In this document: piece after piece, positions 17,566 through 24,362 of the stretch
Layout of the letters: each line of letters opens with the position of its first letter
Numbering within the stretch: the first letter of the stretch is position 1
From: Minisyncoccota bacterium
GTDB taxonomy: Bacteria; Patescibacteriota; Minisyncoccia; UBA6257; HR35
Direction of reading: 5' to 3'
Length of the DNA: 37,491 bases
NCBI GenBank assembly: GCA_032249155.1
Contig: JAVVGJ010000003.1
Coordinates: 1 to 37,491, forward strand
Program-made: the position numbers and the translations under genes
The notes under the pieces: model-generated
Database searches by the model: none
The model's input: the letters and a program-made list of their open reading frames with translations, nothing else
Told to the model about the DNA's origin: nothing

Positions 17566-20078
17566 TTGATAAGGTCGGCTAAATTTTTACCTTCGCTAAT
17601 GTTTACTTTAAGTGGCACAGAAAGCGGCATAACATTTTCCATCACTTCTTTAATTATAACCTTAATTTCTTCTTTAACTTCTTCTTTAACTTCAAGAATA
17701 ATTTCATCATGAATTGTAAGAACAAAAAAAGCATTATTTTGCCATCCGTTTTCCAATATTTTTTTCTCTATTTCTAAAAGAGCTTTTTTTAAAATATCAG
17801 CTCCTAAGCCTTGAATAGGCATATTTATAGCTATTCTTTCTGCTTCGTTTTTTTCTTTATAAGAAAGAGAATATATTTCTGGAAGAAATCTTTTTCTTCC
17901 TAAAAGTGTTTCTGTATAACCTTTTTCTTTGGCAAAATTTATACTTCTTTTTTGATATTCTTTTACTTTAGGATAAAAGTTAAAAAATCTTTCCATCAAA
18001 TTTTTAGCTTCATTTAAACTCACGCCTAATCTTTCTGCTAAGCCCCGAGGAGAAATACCGTAAACAATACCGAAATTAATAATTTTTGCCTTTCTTCTTG
18101 TTTCCTGATCTTCTTTACCAAAAACATACTTAGCTACTTCACTATGAATATCCCAACCTTCTTTAAAAGCTAAAATAAGATTTTCGTCTTGAGAAAGGTG
18201 CGCTAAAATTCTTAATTCTATTTGTGAATAGTCGGCACTTATTAAAACAAAACCTTCCTCGCTTACAAAAATTTTTCTAAACTCCTTTGCTAAATCTCCT
18301 TTTAAAGGTAAGTTTTGAAGATTAGGTTTTTCAGAAACGATTCTTCCTGTTGCTGCTTTAGTTTGATTAAAAAGAGTATAAATTTTTTTATTTTTAAAAT
18401 CAATATATTTTAAAAAGCCTTCAGTATAAGTTCTTAAAAGTTTAGTATATTCTCTGTAACTTAAAATTTTTTCTATAATAGGGTGGGAATCTATTATTTT
18501 TAAAAGATCTGCTTCCTGTGTTGAATAAATTCCTGATTTTGTTTTAGTAATATTTTTCGTAGGTAGCTTTAACACTTCAAAAAGAATAAAACTAAGCTCA
18601 TGAGGTGAATTTAAATTAAATCTTCTTCCTGCTAAAGTATAAATTTCTTCTGCTATTTTTTCTATCTCTTTCTTCAAAAATTTTTTAAATTCCTCAAGCT
18701 TTTCTAAATCAACCTTTATACCTCTAAATTCCATTCTTGCTAAAAGAGGCGAGATTTTAATTTCTAAATCATAATAAAGATTTTTAAGTTCTTTTTCTTC
18801 TAATTCTTTTTTTAAAATTTCGTAAACTTTAAGAGAAGATGAATAAATGTTTTCAAAATTTTCTTTAAGATAGTATCTTAAGTTATCTTCAAAAGTAAAA
18901 TTGCTTCTTTCAGGGTTTAAAAGCCAAAAAACTATTTTTAAATCAAAAATTTTTTCTAAAGAAATTTTTTTATCAAAGTAGAAGTCTTCTTTTAAAGTAA
19001 TTTTAACAAGCTCTTTGAAATCATAAACAATTTTTTCGTGTGGCAAACTAAGAAGATTTTTTAATTCAGAAAGAGGAAAGGTTTTTACATTAGAACCGTC
19101 ATAAACTTCTAAAATATCTTTATTTAAATAAAGAAAAAATGGTGAATTTAAACTTTCTATTTTACCTTCTTCTTTTTTAACTTCTTCTCTTTTTTTTAAA
19201 GAAAAAAGACCTGGCTTTTCTTTTTTAAATCTTTCTATTAAAGATTTAAAAGAAAATTCTTCAAAAACTTTTATAAGGTTTTCTTCATTATAACCTTCAT
19301 ATTTCATCTTTTCCGGTTCAAAATCAAAAGAAATATCTTTTCTTAAAGTAACAAGTTCTTTAAAAAAAAGCAATCTTTCTTTATTTTCTAAAATTTTGCT
19401 CCTAAATGAAGGATCTAATTTTCCCTTTTCTGCTTTTTCAATAATTTTTTCCAAGTTACCATATTTATTTATAAGAAGACTAGCTGTTTTTTCTCCTATT
19501 CCCGGAATTCCCGGGATATTATCTGATTTATCTCCAACCAAGGCTTTAAAGTCAGGAACTTTTTCTGGTAAAATACCAAATTTATTTTTTACCTCTTCAA
19601 TGTCATAAATTTTCATTTCTGAAATTCCCTTTTTCATAGTAAGGATTTTCGTTTTTTCATCAACAAGCTGAAGTGTATCTAAGTCTCCTGTTAAAATCAC
19701 TATTTCTTTAGCAAAAGATTTAAATCTTTCTTTTAAAGAAGCAATAAGATCATCGGCTTCATAACCTGTTTTTTCAATAATAGGAATATTAAAGCCTAAA
19801 AAAATCTTTTTAGAAAGACCAATTTGAATCTTAAGATCATCTGGTGCTTTTTGCCTTTGGGCTTTATACTCTTTAAAAACCTGATGTCTTAAGGTTGGTT
19901 CTGGTCTGTCATAAAGAGCAAAAATATAATCTGGTTTATAATCTTTTAAAAACTTTAAAAGAATATTTGAAAGACCATAAAGAGCATTTGTTGGTCTTCC
20001 TTGAAAATCAGTAAGCCTTGGAAGAGCATGATAAACTCTATGAATAAGAGAATTAGCATCTATAAGAACTACTCTCAT
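17562..20078 (-). CDS. polA: DNA polymerase I
   Basis: 838 aa. Contains a 5' nuclease domain (LIDANSLIHRVYHA, GIPGIGEKTA) and Pol A motifs: DYSQIELR, RRKAKIINFGIVYG and QIHDE-like TIHDEIILE. Confidence 0.95.
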   Translation of the reverse strand: MRVVLIDANSLIHRVYHALPRLTDFQGRPTNALYGLSNILLKFLKDYKPDYIFALYDRPEPTLRHQVFKEYKAQRQKAPDDLKIQIGLSKKIFLGFNIPIIEKTGYEADDLIASLKERFKSFAKEIVILTGDLDTLQLVDEKTKILTMKKGISEMKIYDIEEVKNKFGILPEKVPDFKALVGDKSDNIPGIPGIGEKTASLLINKYGNLEKIIEKAEKGKLDPSFRSKILENKERLLFFKELVTLRKDISFDFEPEKMKYEGYNEENLIKVFEEFSFKSLIERFKKEKPGLFSLKKREEVKKEEGKIESLNSPFFLYLNKDILEVYDGSNVKTFPLSELKNLLSLPHEKIVYDFKELVKITLKEDFYFDKKISLEKIFDLKIVFWLLNPERSNFTFEDNLRYYLKENFENIYSSSLKVYEILKKELEEKELKNLYYDLEIKISPLLARMEFRGIKVDLEKLEEFKKFLKKEIEKIAEEIYTLAGRRFNLNSPHELSFILFEVLKLPTKNITKTKSGIYSTQEADLLKIIDSHPIIEKILSYREYTKLLRTYTEGFLKYIDFKNKKIYTLFNQTKAATGRIVSEKPNLQNLPLKGDLAKEFRKIFVSEEGFVLISADYSQIELRILAHLSQDENLILAFKEGWDIHSEVAKYVFGKEDQETRRKAKIINFGIVYGISPRGLAERLGVSLNEAKNLMERFFNFYPKVKEYQKRSINFAKEKGYTETLLGRKRFLPEIYSLSYKEKNEAERIAINMPIQGLGADILKKALLEIEKKILENGWQNNAFFVLTIHDEIILEVKEEVKEEIKVIIKEVMENVMPLSVPLKVNISEGKNLADLIK

Positions 20079-20509
20079 TTTATTTCTACTAATCTTTTTT
20101 TAAAGGAAATTATTTTAATCGTGACTTTAACAAAATTAAATTTTTTTCTTTTTAAATAATTTTCTATCTTTTCTCCCCATTCAATTAAAAAGATATTTTT
20201 CTTATCTTTTATTTCTTTTTTTAAATCAAGCTTAAGAATTTCTTTTGCTTTTTTTATTCTATAAAGATCCAGATGATTTAAATAATATTTTTTACCTTTT
20301 AAGAAAAACTCGTATTTTTGCCAAAGAATAAAAGTTGGGCTTTGAAGAACTTCTTTTATTTTAAGTCTTTTAGCTAAAAGTTTGATATATGTTGTTTTAC
20401 CGCTTCCAAGATCTCCTATAAATAAAAAAATTCTTTCTTTGGGTATTTTTTTAAAAATAAAATCAATAAGTTTTTTAGATTCCTTTAAATTTTCAATTTC
20501 GAATTTCAT
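20075..20509 (-). CDS. tsaE: tRNA t6A37 biosynthesis ATPase TsaE
   Basis: Start placed at Met18 (MKFEIENL). This gives the usual ~30-aa spacing to the P-loop FIGDLGSGKTTYIK, and SPTF follows. The longer ORF would encode the terminator hairpin. Confidence 0.85.
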   Translation of the reverse strand: MKFEIENLKESKKLIDFIFKKIPKERIFLFIGDLGSGKTTYIKLLAKRLKIKEVLQSPTFILWQKYEFFLKGKKYYLNHLDLYRIKKAKEILKLDLKKEIKDKKNIFLIEWGEKIENYLKRKKFNFVKVTIKIISFKKRLVEIK

Positions 20510-20520
20510 ATTTATTATTT

Positions 20521-20550
20521 TAAAAAAATCCCCTCCAAAAAGGAGGGGAT
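20521..20550 (-). terminator. Rho-independent terminator after the acidic-protein gene
   Basis: The minus strand reads ATCCCCTCC-ttttt-GGAGGGGAT (9-bp stem) followed by TTTTTTT. It starts 30 nt downstream of the stop at 20580. Confidence 0.7.
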
Positions 20551-20579
20551 TTGAGTGCATTTTTAAATTTATCTTTTAA

Positions 20580-20849
20580 TTACCACTCTTCATCTTCTTC
20601 CTCTTCTTCATCTTCTTCTAGATCAATTTCTTCCCATTCATCATCTAATTCTAATTCTTCCTCTTCCTCAGGAGATACTTCTTCATCTTCTTCTTCATCT
20701 CTGTCTCCTAATCCTCCTAATTCTTCAAATCCTTCTTCTTCTCCTCCTTCTTCTCCTTCAATAATACCTTCTTCCTCCACTCCTTCTTCCTCATCTTGCA
20801 TCAAAACTTTTAAAATCTCTTCCAAGTCTGGGTTTAACAACTTTAACAT
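20580..20849 (-). CDS. Hyper-acidic small protein (about 49 of 89 residues D/E)
   Basis: ATG at 20849. A 17-aa amphipathic N-terminus is followed by an almost pure E/D/G tract ending in DDEW...DEEW. It shares the strand of all neighbours and is bracketed by a promoter-like element and a terminator. Confidence 0.6.
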   Translation of the reverse strand: MLKLLNPDLEEILKVLMQDEEEGVEEEGIIEGEEGGEEEGFEELGGLGDRDEEEDEEVSPEEEEELELDDEWEEIDLEEDEEEEEDEEW

Positions 20850-20888
20850 CTTTTTTTCTTCTCTAATTTACGACCATTTTATTTAAAA

Positions 20889-20917
20889 ATTTTCATATCT
20901 TTTTTTCTAAAAGTCAA
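20889..20917 (-). promoter_or_regulatory. Candidate promoter of the acidic-protein gene
   Basis: The minus strand reads TTGACT (20917-20912), a 17-nt spacer, then GAAAAT (20894-20889). The -35 lies in the last codons of yebC. Confidence 0.45.
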
Positions 20918-21617
20918 GATTTTCTGCGCTTGTAAAAACTTCGTCAACGTCATCTAAATCTAAAAGTTCATTTATTAAATTTTTAAGTTTCTCTTTTGTT
21001 TCTTCATCTTTAATTTCCACAAGATTTATTGGGAAAAATTCAATATAAGAATCAAAAATTTCTATACCTTTATTTAAAATTCTATTTTTTAATTCGTTAA
21101 GATTTTTTACACTAGTTATTAACATAAGGGTTTCACTATCTTTTTCTCTAATATCTTCAATAATATCTAAAAACTCTAAAACATCATTTTCATTTTTTTT
21201 ATAGATTTCAACAACGCCTTTTTCCTCAAAGCTCCATCTTACTGATCCAGGATTAGCTAATTTACCTCCTTTTTTATTAAGAATCGCTTTTATATTACCT
21301 AAAGTACGATTTTTATTGTCTGTAATTGCTTTTATTAAAAGAGAAACATTTTCAAAATATGCTTCATACCAAACTTCTTCTAAATTTAAACTTTTATCTT
21401 CAGCTTTTTTAATAGCTCGCTCAATATTTTCCAAAGGAACTTTAAATTCTTTAGCTCTTTCAATAGCATTTCTAAGTTTTGGATTTGTTTCAGGATTATT
21501 TCCTTCTCGAGCAGCTACAGTAATAGCATTTATAATCTTGCCAATAAGCTGGCTTTTCTTTGCATCAAGCAGCGCTTTCTTTCTTTTTATTTGTGCCCAA
21601 TGTGAATGTCCTGCCAT
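20907..21617 (-). CDS. yebC: YebC/PmpR family protein
   Basis: 236 aa. The N-terminus MAGHSHWAQIKRKKALLDAKKSQL...NPETNPKLRNAIERAK is diagnostic for the family. Confidence 0.9.
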   Translation of the reverse strand: MAGHSHWAQIKRKKALLDAKKSQLIGKIINAITVAAREGNNPETNPKLRNAIERAKEFKVPLENIERAIKKAEDKSLNLEEVWYEAYFENVSLLIKAITDNKNRTLGNIKAILNKKGGKLANPGSVRWSFEEKGVVEIYKKNENDVLEFLDIIEDIREKDSETLMLITSVKNLNELKNRILNKGIEIFDSYIEFFPINLVEIKDEETKEKLKNLINELLDLDDVDEVFTSAENLDF

Positions 21618-21639
21618 TTTTGAATAAAAAATAAAAATT

Positions 21640-21979
21640 GGGAAGGATCATAAGCCGGGTTCTGTTTTAGCTAATCATCTGTCTAAACCCTTTGTTGCCA
21701 AAGGGCTCATGCGGCACTCCCGGTTTTAAACCGGGCACGGCCTTGCACCCAGGAAGAAGAAAGCAACCTTATGAATTGCTTCATAAGGTATGGAGGTAGC
21801 CAAAAGAAGACTCTTTTGACACCCTCCATCTTTTCACCTTTCTCCAGGTTTTAAAACCTGGATAGTATAGTCTCTGTGCTTTCTTCTAGGGCTTTCGCCC
21901 TAACTCCTTTTCGGAGTTTCCCTAAATGGGTGCCCGGACTTTCCTCTGGAAAAAATCCCAGCGATTAGCGATCCTTCCC
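21640..21979 (-). ncRNA. rnpB: RNase P RNA (bacterial type A-like)
   Basis: The reverse complement starts GGGAAGGATC...CCAGAGGAAAGTCCGGGC (CR-I) and ends ...ACAGAACCCGGCTTATGATCCTTCCC (CR-V plus P1 closure). It is a strong GC island. Confidence 0.9.
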
Positions 21980-22792
21980 TATAATATTATACCACTCTTT
22001 TTCAAAAACGATTTTTAAATCTCCGTTTTTTTGAGTAAGCCATAAGTTTTTATTTTTAAAGAAATTTAAAACCTCTTTATGTGGATGTCCATATCTATTA
22101 AATCCAGATTGAATGACAATAATTTTGGGATTTATGGATTCAAAAAATTCTTTAACTAAAGAATATTTAGAGCCGTGATGGGGAAAATCAAGAAGAGAAA
22201 GGTTTTTTAAAAGATTTGTGTATTTCATTAAATTTTTTTCAATGCCTTCTTTTTCTATATCTCCTGTAAGAAGAAAGCTAAAATCTTTTCTTTTACCATA
22301 AATTACTAAAGAATTATCATTATCTCTTTTATAAGATTTGTCTGGATGTAAAACTAAAATGGTTGTTTTGTTTAAAATTATTTTGTCGCCTTTATCTATA
22401 AAAAAGATTTTTATCTTCTTTTTTTCTAAATTTTTTAAAAGTTCTTTAAAACTATAATCATTTAAAGAGGTTTTATTTAAAAGAAGAAGTCTTATTTCAT
22501 ATTTCTCGCTTATAGAGTTTAGTGATAAATAATGATCAACATCTGGATGGGAAATAATTACTATATCTATATTTCTTTTAAAAAATGGCAAGTTATTATT
22601 TAAGGCTTTTAATATTTTAAAATCATTTTTGCCTGTATCGTACATAACAACATTTTTTCCTTCTTTTAAAATAAAACTTTTTCCTTGGCCAATATCTGGA
22701 GCTAAAAGAAAATTTTCTGAATTTAGATAAACAAAAATAGAATAATAGATAAAAATATTAGCGAAAATTAAAATTAAATTCAATGTTTTCAT
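21965..22792 (-). CDS. comEC: ComEC C-terminal metallo-beta-lactamase domain protein
   Basis: 275 aa. An N-terminal hydrophobic helix is followed by MBL motifs: VIISHPDVDH, LLTGDIE, FPHHGSKYS and RYGHPHKEVL, as in the ComEC/Rec2 C-terminal domain. Confidence 0.85.
   Translation of the reverse strand: MKTLNLILIFANIFIYYSIFVYLNSENFLLAPDIGQGKSFILKEGKNVVMYDTGKNDFKILKALNNNLPFFKRNIDIVIISHPDVDHYLSLNSISEKYEIRLLLLNKTSLNDYSFKELLKNLEKKKIKIFFIDKGDKIILNKTTILVLHPDKSYKRDNDNSLVIYGKRKDFSFLLTGDIEKEGIEKNLMKYTNLLKNLSLLDFPHHGSKYSLVKEFFESINPKIIVIQSGFNRYGHPHKEVLNFFKNKNLWLTQKNGDLKIVFEKEWYNIIGKDR
21986..21994 (-). promoter_or_regulatory. Extended -10 promoter of rnpB
   Basis: The minus strand reads TGgTATAAT, 6 nt, then the first G of P1 at 21979. 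It lies inside the comEC-MBL coding sequence. No good -35 was seen. Confidence 0.5.
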
Positions 22793-23936
22793 TTTTATTA
22801 ATTTTATAGATAAGAAAAAGAGTTATGAAATAAAAAGTTAAATAAAAATAGCTTGGCAAAAGAAGATTTATTTCTGGAAGAAAATTTCCTAACTCTGCTA
22901 TTTTTCTTATAAAAAGGAGGGGTGGATAAAGAATAAAAGAAAAATAAGGAAGAGGAGAAATGAAAATTCCCAAAATAAAAATAGTTGGCAGAAGAAAAAG
23001 CACCGGAAGATTAAAGAAAAGTCCAAAAGGATTTAAAGAGTTAAAAGCAAAACCAAGAAATGGAAAAACTAAAATGAAAGAGGCAAAAGACTGAGAAATA
23101 GTTTCTTTTAAATAATCGTTTTTTAAAAAACTTAGTTTTTCTTTAATAAAAGGAGAAATATAAATTATGCCTAAAAAAGAAAGAAAAGAAAGTATTGTTC
23201 CGATTTCAAAAATTTCTTTAGGAAAAATCAAAAGAATAATAATAAGCGCTGTTAGAATAATATTTCTTTTTAGCGGTATTCTTCCAGAAAAACTCTTAAT
23301 AAAAATTAAAAATAAAATGAAAATAAAGGCTCTTAAAATGCTTCCTTCAAAGCCAACTAAAAATAAATAAAAAAGTAAAATAAAAATTGAAATAAGAAGC
23401 GAAATTTTATAATTTAACCTCAAATTTCTCAAAAAAGATAAAAAAATTGAAAAAATTAAAACAAGATTACTTCCTGAAGCAACTAAAATATGAGAAATGC
23501 CTACTTTTTGAAAATTTTTATAAAGATCCCTATCTTCAATATTCTCGCCAAAAATAAGTCCTCTTAAAATATTTTCTTCTGGCCAAGGAAGGTTTTTCTT
23601 TATTTTCTCATCATAAAAATTTCTTACTTTAGAAGAAATTCTAAAAATAATATTAGCTTTTTCTTTTTGAAAAATTTTTGGAAAATAAATCCTATTTTCT
23701 TTAATTTCAAAATTATCAAAAATTAGTTTTTCTCCTAAGTTTACCTTTTCCCTCAAATATAAAAAGTAATTTCCTTTATTTTTTAAGTTAACGGCTTTTA
23801 CCTTGTAGTAATTTTGAATTTTTTGAGGATGAGAAATAACTAAAAATTCATTATTTGGAGATTCTTTTTGGAAATTAAGTAAAAAAACTATAAAAGCTAA
23901 AAAAATCAAAAGAAAAAAATATAAATTAGCTTTCAT
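22758..23936 (-). CDS. comEC: ComEC N-terminal OB-like and competence channel domain protein
   Basis: 392 aa, polytopic. GISHILVASGSNLVLIF matches the ComEC competence-domain signature. It ends 35 nt after the start of the MBL ORF, in another frame. Confidence 0.8.
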   Translation of the reverse strand: MKANLYFFLLIFLAFIVFLLNFQKESPNNEFLVISHPQKIQNYYKVKAVNLKNKGNYFLYLREKVNLGEKLIFDNFEIKENRIYFPKIFQKEKANIIFRISSKVRNFYDEKIKKNLPWPEENILRGLIFGENIEDRDLYKNFQKVGISHILVASGSNLVLIFSIFLSFLRNLRLNYKISLLISIFILLFYLFLVGFEGSILRAFIFILFLIFIKSFSGRIPLKRNIILTALIIILLIFPKEIFEIGTILSFLSFLGIIYISPFIKEKLSFLKNDYLKETISQSFASFILVFPFLGFAFNSLNPFGLFFNLPVLFLLPTIFILGIFISPLPYFSFILYPPLLFIRKIAELGNFLPEINLLLPSYFYLTFYFITLFLIYKINKNENIEFNFNFR

Positions 23937-23943
23937 TAAAATT

Positions 23944-24014
23944 TGCCCCTAGGAGGACTCGAACCTCCATCTTCTCCTTAGGACGGAGACGCTCTTCCTT
24001 TGAGCTATAGGGGC
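23944..24014 (-). tRNA. tRNA-Arg (anticodon CCT)
   Basis: The reverse complement reads GCCCCTATAGCTCAAAGGAAGAGCGTCTCCGTCCTAAGGAGAAGATGGAGGTTCGAGTCCTCCTAGGGGCA. It forms a standard cloverleaf with anticodon loop GTCCTAA. Confidence 0.9.
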
Positions 24015-24047
24015 ATTTTTCTCTTTTTATATTTTAAAATAAAACTC

Positions 24048-24362
24048 ATGAGATTTCTTTCTTTGTGCTTAATTTTTTTAATCATTTTAGGTTTTGTCTT
24101 TGCCGAAGAAGATGGTTTTCAAAAAATTCAAGATGAGGTTTTTAGAATTTTAAGAAATATTATTATGTTTCTTTTTTCAGCTTTAATGCTTTTATCTGGT
24201 TTAGTTTTACTTTTTTTAGGTGTGAAATATATTTTTGCTAAAGGTGATATTAAAGAGCTTCACAAAACGCTGCTTTATGTAGTCTTAGGTATTATTCTTT
24301 TAGCAAGCTCTTTTTTTGTACCTAATCTCTTAAAAAACCTTATTGAAGGTTTAAGATCTTAA
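24048..24362 (+). CDS. Small pilin-like membrane protein (signal peptide plus two TM helices; TrbC/VirB2-like layout)
   Basis: Start moved to ATG 24048 because the TTG-extended ORF overlaps tRNA-Arg. The product is 104 aa: signal peptide MRFLSLCLIFLIILGFVFA, then helix-GVKYIFAKGDIKE-helix. This pattern recurs in the N-terminus of the 35956..36807 protein. Confidence 0.55.
   Translation: MRFLSLCLIFLIILGFVFAEEDGFQKIQDEVFRILRNIIMFLFSALMLLSGLVLLFLGVKYIFAKGDIKELHKTLLYVVLGIILLASSFFVPNLLKNLIEGLRS

Noticed and set aside
20510-20560. Longer TsaE start (MHSNPLLFGGDFFKIIN).
   Set aside because: These codons are simply the terminator hairpin read as protein. The P-loop spacing fits the Met18 start.
20551-20886. 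Plus-strand poly-Ser ORF (111 aa) opposite the acidic protein.
   Set aside because: It is a mirror-image artefact of the GAA/GAG-rich minus-strand gene. It starts inside the terminator hairpin and the tsaE region, all neighbours are on the minus strand, and the terminator is functional only on the minus strand.
24000-24047. TTG-initiated extension of the pilin-like ORF.
   Set aside because: It overlaps tRNA-Arg on the opposite strand. The ATG at 24048 gives a canonical signal peptide.
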